64,000 nt of DNA, taken from the NCBI RefSeq assembly GCF_015523185.1, contig NZ_WAKV01000004.1:601-64600 (forward strand). Direction: 5' to 3'. The stretch is from Thermococcus sp. (GTDB lineage: Archaea; Methanobacteriota_B; Thermococci; Thermococcales; Thermococcaceae). The position numbers and the translations under genes were made by a program. This document shows, piece after piece, positions 43,684 to 54,497 of this stretch (within the stretch, counting starts at the first letter, position 1; the number at the start of each line of letters is the position of its first letter). The notes beneath the pieces were generated by a model. It saw only the letters and a list, made by a program, of their open reading frames with translations, had not been told where the DNA came from and made no database searches.

Positions 43684-44054
43684 GCATGATAGGCAGGAAA
43701 AAGCTCGGGGAGCGGTATCTGACCATAGCTGAGGCCAAGGAGCTCCTCGAGCACAGGAAGGAAGAGGGCATGAAAGAGAACCCAGAGGAGCCCATGTTCT
43801 ACGAGGCCAGGCTTAGCCTTGAGCACGCCGAAAAATTTGCCAAGCTCAGTCCCGAGAAGGCGAAGGAACTCAAGGAGAAGCTCATGGAGCTCTTCGACTG
43901 GATTGACGACAGGATAGCGTCAAAGATAGTGGACATTCTCCCGGAGGACTACCTTGACATCAGGGTAATCTTCGCCAAGGAGGATTACATGCCCTCACCG
44001 GAGGAGGCCAAGGAGATAGTTAAGCTCGTTGACGAATATCGGCCCCTCGACTGA
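43680..44054 (+). CDS. rpoF: RNA polymerase subunit F (Rpo4)
   Basis: [25 protein letters not shown] and KIVDILP HRDC-like motifs; standard position after rpl21e. Confidence 0.93.
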   Translation: MSMIGRKKLGERYLTIAEAKELLEHRKEEGMKENPEEPMFYEARLSLEHAEKFAKLSPEKAKELKEKLMELFDWIDDRIASKIVDILPEDYLDIRVIFAKEDYMPSPEEAKEIVKLVDEYRPLD

Positions 44055-44124
44055 TTTTTCTCCTTTTCTTGGCGTGAGGAAAGTATAAAAACTCCTGACC
44101 AAAATAAGTTCTGGGGGAGAGAGA

Positions 44125-46074
<1,950 letters not shown>

Positions 46075-46133
46075 AGGTAATCCCCAGCGCTATAGGCCGA
46101 TTGGTTTTTAAAACCCATCGGGGAGTTGGTGCC

Positions 46134-47879
46134 ATGAAGGTTGTCCTCATAGATGGCTACACTGATGAACCGGCCGGCCTTGGAGTTCCGCCGTATCTCG
46201 GAATTTACCCTAGATACGCTTACGGAGCTGTGAGAAAGGCTCGAAATGAAGCTAGGATTTTTTATCTCACAATAGATGACCTGAGGGCCACGTTTCTGGG
46301 GGAAAAAGGTATAGCGACGAAGAACAAAACTCCCAACTTCCCCAAGGTTAGGGCGATTCTTGAAAAGGCCGATGTAGTGGTTTACATTGGCGGTCTTCAC
46401 ACGCCGGGCAAATACCTCTCCGCCGTCCCGGGGAGCGTTGAGGAGATAGCACGCTTCATAAGGGATTTGAAGGCTGTTAAAATCCTCGGTGGGCCAGCCT
46501 TCATGGGCTCCGCATCGATGGGTGGAATCAAAATTACGAGCAGGGAGCTCCAGTTGGCGGAAAGCGTCTTTGACCACGTGGTTTATGGCGACCTGGAGGC
46601 CTTTCTCTTTGACTACTTGAGAAATCCAAAGGACGCCGACCCCCTCAGGTTTCGAACCTACGAAGAGCTACGCGATTACGCAATTTTCGGTGCTGAGGTC
46701 GTTAAGCAGTTCCCAGACTTCCCGGATTTTGTAATAGTCGAGATTGAGACCCAGCGTGGCTGTCCAAAGGCGATGGGTATAGGCGGTTGCTCCTTCTGCA
46801 CCGAGCCAGTGAGATACAGAACCGTCGAAGACAGACCGGTTGAGGACGTTGTTGCCGAAGTAAAGGTTCTCTACGAGCTTGGAGTGAGGCACTTCCGGGT
46901 TGGAAGGCAGAGCTGTATCTTCTCGTACATGGCGAAACCGAACGGCAGGGTCCCGATTCCAAACCCCGAGGCGATAGAGAAGCTCTTTGCAGGAATACGT
47001 TCTGTTGCTTCTGATGTTAAAACGCTCCACGTCGACAACGCCAACCCAGCAGTGATAGCCAACTATCCCGAGGAGAGTATAAGGATTGCAAAGGCCCTCA
47101 TAAAGTACGGCACACCGGGAAACGTTGTCGCCTTCGGCCTTGAGAGTGCCGACCCTCATGTGGCCAAGCTCAACAACCTGAACGCGACTGCCGAGGAAAC
47201 CTACGAGGCCATTAGAATTCTCAACGAGGTCGGCGCGAGGAGGGGCTACAACGGGATGCCGTGGCTTCTGCCCGGGATAAACATAATCTTCGGTCTTCCG
47301 GGAGAGACAAAAAAGAGCTACGAGATAACCTTCCAGTTCCTCAAGAGGCTCCTCGACAATGGCCTCATGGTGAGGAGGATAAACATCCGGCAGGTGGTCG
47401 TCTTCCCCGGAACACCCCTGTGGCACATGAGGAGCAAGGTTAAGACTGAGAAGCATAAACGGCTAATCCAGCACTATAGACACAAAATAAGACACGAGAT
47501 TGATTTACCGATGCTCAAACGGGTCGTCCCAGTTGGGACTGTCCTGAGGGACGTTCGTGCGGAGGTTTTCGACAACGGGTTGACCTACGGGAGGCAGATT
47601 GGGAGCTATCCACTCATCGTTGGAATTCCAAAGCAAATCCCCCTGAACAGGTTCTACGACGTCCTTATAGTTGACCACGGCTTCAGGAGCATTACCGGAA
47701 TTCCGGTTCCAATAAACATTAACCGAGAAAGCCCCAAGGTTTTGGAGCTTGTTCCGGGAATCGGGAGGAAAACTGCCGTCAGAATACTCGTGAAGAGACC
47801 TTTTAAAAGCGAGGACGAGTTTTTCAACCTCATTAGTGAGGACAAAAGGGAAATACTGGGCGGAAAAATCAGCCTGTAG
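46134..47879 (+). CDS. Uncharacterised radical SAM protein with C-terminal HhH (COG1031-like)
   Basis: RGCPKAMGIGGCSFC (CX8CX2C), FGLES, IIFGLPGET, a TRAM-like segment and LELVPGIG HhH; ATG at 46134. Confidence 0.85.
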   Translation: MKVVLIDGYTDEPAGLGVPPYLGIYPRYAYGAVRKARNEARIFYLTIDDLRATFLGEKGIATKNKTPNFPKVRAILEKADVVVYIGGLHTPGKYLSAVPGSVEEIARFIRDLKAVKILGGPAFMGSASMGGIKITSRELQLAESVFDHVVYGDLEAFLFDYLRNPKDADPLRFRTYEELRDYAIFGAEVVKQFPDFPDFVIVEIETQRGCPKAMGIGGCSFCTEPVRYRTVEDRPVEDVVAEVKVLYELGVRHFRVGRQSCIFSYMAKPNGRVPIPNPEAIEKLFAGIRSVASDVKTLHVDNANPAVIANYPEESIRIAKALIKYGTPGNVVAFGLESADPHVAKLNNLNATAEETYEAIRILNEVGARRGYNGMPWLLPGINIIFGLPGETKKSYEITFQFLKRLLDNGLMVRRINIRQVVVFPGTPLWHMRSKVKTEKHKRLIQHYRHKIRHEIDLPMLKRVVPVGTVLRDVRAEVFDNGLTYGRQIGSYPLIVGIPKQIPLNRFYDVLIVDHGFRSITGIPVPININRESPKVLELVPGIGRKTAVRILVKRPFKSEDEFFNLISEDKREILGGKISL

Positions 47880-48648
47880 CCGAAACTATCTGGGGATTCT
47901 TCCCCTCAGGCCATTTGAACCCTATTATGTTCTCGATGAGGACTACCTCCGCACGAAGGGTTTCGTCGGTTTTACCCTCTATCACCAGGAGGCCTTTTCT
48001 GGGAGCATAAACGCAGTTGCATTTTGCTCCTTCAGCCGGGCCTATGAGAAGCACTGTTAGGACTTTATCATTCCCGAGAGCACCCCTGCCAATGTCGAAC
48101 TTTGTCCAGAAGCTTAGGTAAGCAATATCGTGCCTGAGCTGGGTTTGTTCGTAGGCATATTCCTTCGCACTAGTATTGTCGTAACCCTTGGATTTAGCTA
48201 GCAGGTAGTAGTTCATTGAGAATATGCTTGAAACTAGTGCAGAAACTTCGGTAACTGCGACCGTTCTAAACTGGCAACTTCCGGGATATAGTTGTGGATT
48301 TGATTTACATTCCTGGACACTTGGGTTTCCAATGACTATAACAAACCTGTCGTACAGACTCCTTAACGTAATGTTGAGGTCAACCTCCGGACTGCCGGTT
48401 ATGTAGCTTTTGAGCGTTATGTTAAATACCTTTGAGCCCGGCGGGAGTGATTTTTTGATACTCTCATACTGGGAGGGGTTAAGAACGTAGAATTTATCTC
48501 CCGAGTACAGCACTATGTAATGAGACTCTCCCATTGGGGCCCCTGGATTTAGGACTGCGGAGAACTTTGAGTAGCCGTAGAGAACATAAGAAACCGGCGC
48601 CAACACGACGAGCAGAACGATGATTAAAGCAACTACCTTTCTGCTCAT
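47869..48648 (-). CDS. Membrane-anchored exported hypothetical protein downstream of the S-layer gene
   Basis: Single N-terminal TM (VVALIIVLLVVLAPVSYVLY), sequons and paired Cys residues. Confidence 0.75.
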   Translation of the reverse strand: MSRKVVALIIVLLVVLAPVSYVLYGYSKFSAVLNPGAPMGESHYIVLYSGDKFYVLNPSQYESIKKSLPPGSKVFNITLKSYITGSPEVDLNITLRSLYDRFVIVIGNPSVQECKSNPQLYPGSCQFRTVAVTEVSALVSSIFSMNYYLLAKSKGYDNTSAKEYAYEQTQLRHDIAYLSFWTKFDIGRGALGNDKVLTVLLIGPAEGAKCNCVYAPRKGLLVIEGKTDETLRAEVVLIENIIGFKWPEGKNPQIVSATG

Positions 48649-48697
48649 TCAAAAAACCTCCCGGACAAGAAACGGGAATGAAAAGGGAGAAAAGAGC

Positions 48698-50569
48698 TCA
48701 CTCCTTGGCGAGCTCCGCAATGTACTTCATAAGGGCCTCAGCGGCAACCCTGGTCTGGTTCCTGGTTGCACCGGCGACGATAACGACGTCGTAGCCGTCA
48801 AGAGCCTTTGGAATGTACTCAACGTCACCTGGGCTGTTGTACCAGTCGACCTTGCTTATGTTGTGCTCGACAAGGTACTTGGTGACGCTGTTAGCAACGG
48901 GGCCACCGACGAGGATGAGGTTGCTTCCTGGGTCGCTGATGTTGATTTCGTAGTCCATGTAGACTATCGGCTGGGTAACCGGCTTGGGAACCACTGTGGT
49001 GGTGTAGATGCCCTCGATGGTGTAGCCGCTGTCAGGTATCTGGTCGCCGATCTTGAGCTCCTTTTCGATAACCTGACCCTCCTTATCCTTGAGGCAGATG
49101 TAGGCGTAGGCGACTATGTACTGCTCTCCCTTTTGAGCGTAGACGAACTCACCGGTGGCCGGGTTGTAGTACTTGTCGTAGCCCTTCTGAACGTACTTAT
49201 ACTTGAGGTCGTAGACACCGAAGACGTCAATCGGGTTGCCCTCGAGGGTCTTGTCGTTGACGAGGGTTATGTTGGTGATGTACCAGACACCGTTCTTGAG
49301 GGCGGTCTTAACGGTGGCGTTCCATCCGTCAGCCGGGTGGAAGACTGGGCCAAGGGTCTCAATGTCGTACTCAGCGGAAATGCTTGCTATGATGTGGTTG
49401 TCGATACCAACGAAGGTGTCTTCGAGAGTGAGCACGAGGTTCGCCTTTCCACCGGCGGCGCTAAGGCTGTCGTAGGTCTCAACTTGGCCATTCTCCTCGA
49501 CAAAGTAAACCGGCTCTCCCTTGTTGAGGATGACCTGACCGGTCTGGGCACCGGTGGCGGCATCCTTAACTATGATGAGTGCCCTGGTCTCCTGGAGGTT
49601 GATGTCAAGGACAGTAACGACCCAGTTGGTTCCGGGTATGGTCTTGCTCTGGCCAATTTCATACCACATCGGGTTGTCGGACGGAATCATACCGGCCGTG
49701 AACGTGTCGTTTCCGACCTCAAGAACGTGATAGCTGTGACCAAATACAGTGAAGTCCATGCCAGCGCTAACTCCCGGGAAGACCTCACTGACTATGGTTC
49801 CACCGTTGGCGGCAACCTCCTCGGCATCGCCGATGTAGTAGTTGGTAACGTTTTTGGTGACTTCTGTGGTACCCCACTCGGGCTTACCGAGAACTACTGT
49901 CTTGGTAGTGGTGACGCTGTAGTTGTAGAGGACGTAGTCAACGAGTATGTTGAGCTTACCCGGGGCAACGACAAGGTCAGCCTTCTTGGGCGGGGCGGTC
50001 ATGTTCCACTTAGCAGGGTCAAGGCTCTTGAGCTCGGGGTTGGCGATGGTAACGTGCCAGTCGACGCTGTAGTCGCCAGCCTTGTCCTTACCTGTCAGGG
50101 TAACGGGAACCTCAAAGGCGCTCTCCCACTCGGTGTAATTGGCGGTGAAAGCGGCACCGTTGTACCAGTAGTCAGCTGGAAGCTGGTCGTAGCTGGTGGC
50201 CCATCCAACTGAAGATATGTTGTTTATCCCGTGGTCCTCGGTGATGGTGGTGTAGTTGTAAGCGTAGATGGTCCACATAGCTTCGGTAGCAGGTGGGATA
50301 ACCTCTTTAATCTTGACGTAAGCGTTCTGAGCCTCAACCTGCTTGGTGGTGTAGAGCAGACTTCCAAGGGCAACAGCTATGTCAGCGGCGCTCGCAACGT
50401 CCATAGCAGCAGCGTTGCTTCCAACCACGATTTTAACGTTCGGAGTACCATCAGACTTGACGAAAAAGCTCTTTGGGATGTTCGGGACAGTGGTGGCACT
50501 AGCGAAGCCTATGGTTGCACCAATCATTGCGGCACCAACGGCAAGTGCCGCGATTTTCTTCACCTTCAT
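48698..50569 (-). CDS. S-layer glycoprotein (Thermococcales/Methanococcales type)
   Basis: MKVKKIAALAVGAAMIGA signal, IVVGSNAAAMDVASAADIA N-terminal domain, NLILVGGPVANS C-terminal domain, about ten N-x-S/T sequons, strong codon bias. Confidence 0.95.
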   Translation of the reverse strand: MKVKKIAALAVGAAMIGATIGFASATTVPNIPKSFFVKSDGTPNVKIVVGSNAAAMDVASAADIAVALGSLLYTTKQVEAQNAYVKIKEVIPPATEAMWTIYAYNYTTITEDHGINNISSVGWATSYDQLPADYWYNGAAFTANYTEWESAFEVPVTLTGKDKAGDYSVDWHVTIANPELKSLDPAKWNMTAPPKKADLVVAPGKLNILVDYVLYNYSVTTTKTVVLGKPEWGTTEVTKNVTNYYIGDAEEVAANGGTIVSEVFPGVSAGMDFTVFGHSYHVLEVGNDTFTAGMIPSDNPMWYEIGQSKTIPGTNWVVTVLDINLQETRALIIVKDAATGAQTGQVILNKGEPVYFVEENGQVETYDSLSAAGGKANLVLTLEDTFVGIDNHIIASISAEYDIETLGPVFHPADGWNATVKTALKNGVWYITNITLVNDKTLEGNPIDVFGVYDLKYKYVQKGYDKYYNPATGEFVYAQKGEQYIVAYAYICLKDKEGQVIEKELKIGDQIPDSGYTIEGIYTTTVVPKPVTQPIVYMDYEINISDPGSNLILVGGPVANSVTKYLVEHNISKVDWYNSPGDVEYIPKALDGYDVVIVAGATRNQTRVAAEALMKYIAELAKE

Positions 50570-50643
50570 TTCACAACACCTCCTTAAGTTGTTGGGCTAA
50601 AGCCCCATCTAAGTGTTGTCACTGTCATTTGGGAGCCAAAGGG

Positions 50644-50658
50644 TATATATACTTTTCG
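50644..50658 (-). promoter_or_regulatory. BRE-TATA promoter of the S-layer gene
   Basis: The minus strand reads CGAAAAG-TATATATA, about 75 nt upstream of the ATG. Confidence 0.75.
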
Positions 50659-50736
50659 CTTTCAGACCCTTTCACTGGCCAAAAAAAGCTCGCCGATTGC
50701 CGTAAATGATAAAAGAAAGCTTAACTAAATGCCTAT

Positions 50737-50755
50737 GGCAAATTCGCCTTTTGCC
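50737..50755 (-). terminator. Hairpin plus T-rich tract after the 50763-51572 gene
   Basis: Inverted repeat GGCAAA/TTTGCC, 7 nt after the stop, followed on the minus strand by CTTTCTTTTATCATTT. Confidence 0.4.
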
Positions 50756-50762
50756 GATAATA

Positions 50763-51572
50763 TCATCCGTCAGACATTAAAGCCCTTTTAACTGGTCTGC
50801 TAGTGAGTTCATTGACAAAGCCACCAATGTCAGTCAGGGCGTTCTGAAGCTCTCCTGCGGTTACGTCTATTATCTCTGGTTCGATTATGGATATTGCAAC
50901 GGGTGCATACTTTCCAACGAGCTGGAACAGTGTCTCGAAAGTTGACAGAAGTTCTACCGCCAGAAGCCCCTTAAACTCTCCAGCCTCTTCAGAGCCCTCC
51001 ACGGCCAGCACGTTTATCAGGCATCCCTCTATTGAAAGCGCCTTTTTCATGGTTTTCTCAATGGACTCCTTGTCTTTGCCCGAGACCTCAATTACAATGC
51101 GATAACGGATAAACCTGTCGTCGAGAATCATTGACTCAATTTCCTCCCGTGAGTAGCCAATCCTAGGCTCTGGAACGTCGCTCAGGTCAGGATACGCCGC
51201 AAGGCTTCCAAATCTGTTCATTAACTTCCCCATTACGAGTGCAACTTCCCCAAGGACTTTCATAAGCTCCTTCGAGTCCAGCTCCAATTTTCCGGGGGAG
51301 AGAATCTCCACAATGGCGGGTCCGTATTTTAGAACTGCCTTGACGAGTTCTCCAAAAGTTCCCACAACCTTAGCCTCAACCACCCCAGAGTACTTCAGGA
51401 GCTCATCCTTGTTCTCAATTATGTCCTCAACATGAACGTCCTTAACCTCGACCAGAGTCTCCCCTTTCAACTCGTTCACGATATTCTCTATAGCGCTTTC
51501 CAAAGCTTTCTTGTCGTTGGAAAGGCCTTCAATATAGAAAATCGCTTCAATCTTTTCCATTTTCACCACCAC
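50763..51572 (-). CDS. Conserved hypothetical protein with an internal two-fold duplication
   Basis: TFGELVKAVLKYGPAIVEILSPGKLELDSKELMKVL aligns with TFETLFQLVGKYAPVAISIIEPEIIDVTAGELQNAL. Confidence 0.78.
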   Translation of the reverse strand: MVVKMEKIEAIFYIEGLSNDKKALESAIENIVNELKGETLVEVKDVHVEDIIENKDELLKYSGVVEAKVVGTFGELVKAVLKYGPAIVEILSPGKLELDSKELMKVLGEVALVMGKLMNRFGSLAAYPDLSDVPEPRIGYSREEIESMILDDRFIRYRIVIEVSGKDKESIEKTMKKALSIEGCLINVLAVEGSEEAGEFKGLLAVELLSTFETLFQLVGKYAPVAISIIEPEIIDVTAGELQNALTDIGGFVNELTSRPVKRALMSDG

Positions 51573-52612
51573 ATACCCGGATAACTTTTCTTTGTGTACG
51601 TCCCTACGATGGGAATCCTCTCACCGCAGTACCTGCACCTTCCATCTTCGGTGATGTTGTACTCGGTAATCTCGAAACCCCAGCGGACTATTAAAGGCTT
51701 TCCACACCTCGGGCAGTATGTGTTTTCCCCCGGATGACCGGGCACATTGCCGATGTAGACGAACTTCAAGCCCTCCTCCTTAGCTATGCGGTAGGCCATG
51801 TCCATAGTCTCTAGAGGCGTTGGTTGGAGGTGTTTCAGCTTGTAGTGGGGGAAGAAGCGAGAGAAGTGGACCGGCGTATCGTCGCCAAGCTCTTCCACAA
51901 CCCAGCGGGCGAAGGCCCGGATTTCTTCCGCTTTATCGTTGAGCGTCGGGATTATAAGGTATGTCAGTTCGACGTGGATTCCGAATTCCTTCTTGGCCAT
52001 CACCGCCGTTCTCCTGCTCGGCTCACCGCTCGGCACGCTCGCTATCTTCATGTAGAACTCATCACTGAAGGCCTTGATGTCTATGTTCATAGCGTCGATG
52101 TAAGGGGCCAACTCCCTAAATGGTTCCTCGTTGATGTAGCCGTTGGTTATGAGGAGGTTGTAGATTCCCTCTCTTTTAGCGAGCTTCGCGGTATCGAGAA
52201 CGAACTCGTACCAGATAACCGGCTCGTTGTAGGTGTATGCTATGCTCTCACAAGAGTAGCGCTTCGCTATTGCCACTACCATCTCTGGACTCATGTCATG
52301 AAGGTAAGGAAAGCTCTCATCAGCCTGACTAATCTCCCAGTTTTGACAGTGCTTACAGTGCATGTTACAGCCGACCGAGCTTATTGAAAGGGCACACGAA
52401 CCCGGCCAGAAGTGGAAGAGTGGTTTTTTCTCAACGGGGTCGGCACCGATTGCAGAGACCTTTCCGTAGTTAAGGGTGTAGAGCTTTCCACCTATGTTCT
52501 TCCTAACCTTACAGGAACCCCTCTTCCCCTCGCTGATTATACAGTTAAGCGGGCAGAGCCTGCACCTCACACGGTTGTTATCGAGTGGCTCCCACCACAT
52601 CGCCTCGCGCAT
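51563..52612 (-). CDS. AmmeMemoRadiSam-type radical SAM enzyme (PFL-activase-like)
   Basis: CRLCPLNC...GSC, DPVEKKPLFHF, GCNMHCKHCQNWEISQ, AYTYNEP, YIGNV and TYCPRC; ATG at 52612. Confidence 0.9.
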   Translation of the reverse strand: MREAMWWEPLDNNRVRCRLCPLNCIISEGKRGSCKVRKNIGGKLYTLNYGKVSAIGADPVEKKPLFHFWPGSCALSISSVGCNMHCKHCQNWEISQADESFPYLHDMSPEMVVAIAKRYSCESIAYTYNEPVIWYEFVLDTAKLAKREGIYNLLITNGYINEEPFRELAPYIDAMNIDIKAFSDEFYMKIASVPSGEPSRRTAVMAKKEFGIHVELTYLIIPTLNDKAEEIRAFARWVVEELGDDTPVHFSRFFPHYKLKHLQPTPLETMDMAYRIAKEEGLKFVYIGNVPGHPGENTYCPRCGKPLIVRWGFEITEYNITEDGRCRYCGERIPIVGTYTKKSYPGMWW

Positions 52613-52630
52613 GCCTCTCACCATCTTTAA

Positions 52631-53359
52631 CTATCCTATCGTGCGTTTAAGCTTTTGGTATCCCTCGTAGAACTCCTTGAGGGTCATGAATCTAGCGCCG
52701 TTTCCAAGGTGGAACTCAATCAGCTTTCTCAACTTTTCAAGGGCTCCCCTCCCAGTTCCGAACCAGCAGTCGGGCCTGAGCCTTTTGGACATGTCCACGA
52801 ACTCCCAGGGGTGGAAGATGTAAACTACCGGGCTCTCGAACCTTTTGTGAAAACCCCTCTGGAGGGCCCATGGAAGCCTTGTGACTATCGAAGTTGTCGT
52901 AGCTGGAACCTCAAGAAGGCCGTTGAACTCTGCGACACCCTTCCTCCAGCCCTTGTGCTTGGCCTTTGTTGAGTCAACCTTGAAACCAAGCTTTGCCAGA
53001 ATTCCATAGTATTCGTCTGGAAACTGAAAGTTCGGCGCCCGAAAAGAGATAACCTCCCCAAATTGAGACAGCGTTTCCTTGGCCTTCACCAGCCTGCTCT
53101 CTGCTTCTCTAACAGACAGCCTGTCAAAGCGCTCGTGTTCCAAGCCGTGACAGCCGAGCTCGTGCTTTTTACCGGCGCGTCTTGCCAGTTCCGGGAACTC
53201 CTCCGCGATTCTTCCAGTGAAGAGGAAAGTCCCCTTGATTCCAAACTCCTCAAGCAGGTCCATTACCCTCGGGAGGCCATCCTCCACTCCCCTCTTTGTC
53301 TCCGCGAAGGGAGGACAGTCCCGCTCAACGTCAAAGGTGAGCATGACTATTTTACCCAT
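52631..53359 (-). CDS. Polysaccharide deacetylase (NodB/CE4 family)
   Basis: LTFDVE, HELGCHG, FRAPN and FHPWEF motifs. Confidence 0.9.
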   Translation of the reverse strand: MGKIVMLTFDVERDCPPFAETKRGVEDGLPRVMDLLEEFGIKGTFLFTGRIAEEFPELARRAGKKHELGCHGLEHERFDRLSVREAESRLVKAKETLSQFGEVISFRAPNFQFPDEYYGILAKLGFKVDSTKAKHKGWRKGVAEFNGLLEVPATTTSIVTRLPWALQRGFHKRFESPVVYIFHPWEFVDMSKRLRPDCWFGTGRGALEKLRKLIEFHLGNGARFMTLKEFYEGYQKLKRTIG

Positions 53360-54497
53360 TCACAGCCACCTCGTTGAGAACCTCGCGATAGAGGGAGACA
53401 ATTCTCCTTACAACCACGTTCCAGTCATAGACTCTCTCAACCCTCCTCTTCCCGAGACGGCTCAGCCTCTTCTCAACACTCTGGTTGTTGAGGACAAGGT
53501 TTATCGCGTTGGCTAGCTCTCTGGCGTTTCTCGGTTGAACCAGGATACCACAGCCTTCTATTATCTCAGGAATTCCACCTACACGGGTTCCTATAACTGG
53601 TACGCCAGAGGCCATCGCCTCAAGGAGAACTATTCCAAAGGCCTCGCTGAGACTCGGCAGAACGAAGACATCACTGGCGCGGTAGAGGAGTGGGAGCTTA
53701 GAGTATTCGACCATCCCCAGAAAACGAACCCTGTCCCCAACGCCAATGAGTTTGGCCCTTTCCCTCAGAAGGGGGAGCATACTCCCCTGACCGGCTACGA
53801 GAAGCGTCCCATTGACGTGTTTCATGGCGTTTATAAGGGTTCTCGCCCCTTTTCTCGGCTCCAGCCTGCCCACGTACAGGATTACCCTCTCACCGAGACC
53901 CAGCTTTTCCTTGGCTTCCTCCTTTGAAAGAGGTATATCAAAAAATTCCACGTTGACTCCGTTCTGGATTACCTCCACTGGAACGCGGGTGAAACGCCTT
54001 ATGAAGTCCTTTGAGGCTTTGCTAACTGCTATTATTCTGTTGGGATTTCTGAGGTGGTATTTGAAGTAGGGAAACGTAATCCTGGTCAGTGCTTTAATTA
54101 CTGAGGAGTTCTCGTAGTTTATGCTGTGCGTTGTTATCAGCGTTGCCTTTCCTATCTTCCTGCCAGCGGAGACTGCCTTCAGTGCCAGAGGGGTAAACGC
54201 GTGCTGGCCGTGGACGACGTCGTAGCCCTCGATGTAGGGAATCATTCTGGAGGCGTTGTGAGAAAAGACGCTCATGTTGATTCCAACACTACCCAGCGTG
54301 TAACCTGGAACTTTGATTAAATCTATTCCGGCCCCCTTCAGCTCGGCCTCCTTGCCGGTCTCACGGTCGTTAGTGATTATGGCAACTTCGTGGCCTAATC
54401 TCCTGAGGTAAAGCGCGAGGTCGTGCATGTGGACGGCAACGCCACCGAGCTTAGGGTAATACCAGTCGCTCACTAGCGCGATTTTAAGGCTCTCCAT
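53352..54497 (-). CDS. GT4 glycosyltransferase, PIG-A-like
   Basis: IALVSDWYYPKLGGV N terminus, TTHS, GRLEPRKG, EAFGIVLLEAMASG (EX7E) and VGGIPE. Confidence 0.9.
   Translation of the reverse strand: MESLKIALVSDWYYPKLGGVAVHMHDLALYLRRLGHEVAIITNDRETGKEAELKGAGIDLIKVPGYTLGSVGINMSVFSHNASRMIPYIEGYDVVHGQHAFTPLALKAVSAGRKIGKATLITTHSINYENSSVIKALTRITFPYFKYHLRNPNRIIAVSKASKDFIRRFTRVPVEVIQNGVNVEFFDIPLSKEEAKEKLGLGERVILYVGRLEPRKGARTLINAMKHVNGTLLVAGQGSMLPLLRERAKLIGVGDRVRFLGMVEYSKLPLLYRASDVFVLPSLSEAFGIVLLEAMASGVPVIGTRVGGIPEIIEGCGILVQPRNARELANAINLVLNNQSVEKRLSRLGKRRVERVYDWNVVVRRIVSLYREVLNEVAVNG

Noticed and set aside
48620-50212. 530-aa ORF overlapping the S-layer gene
   Set aside because: It is an antisense shadow produced by the strong codon bias of the S-layer gene; it has no RBS or motifs.
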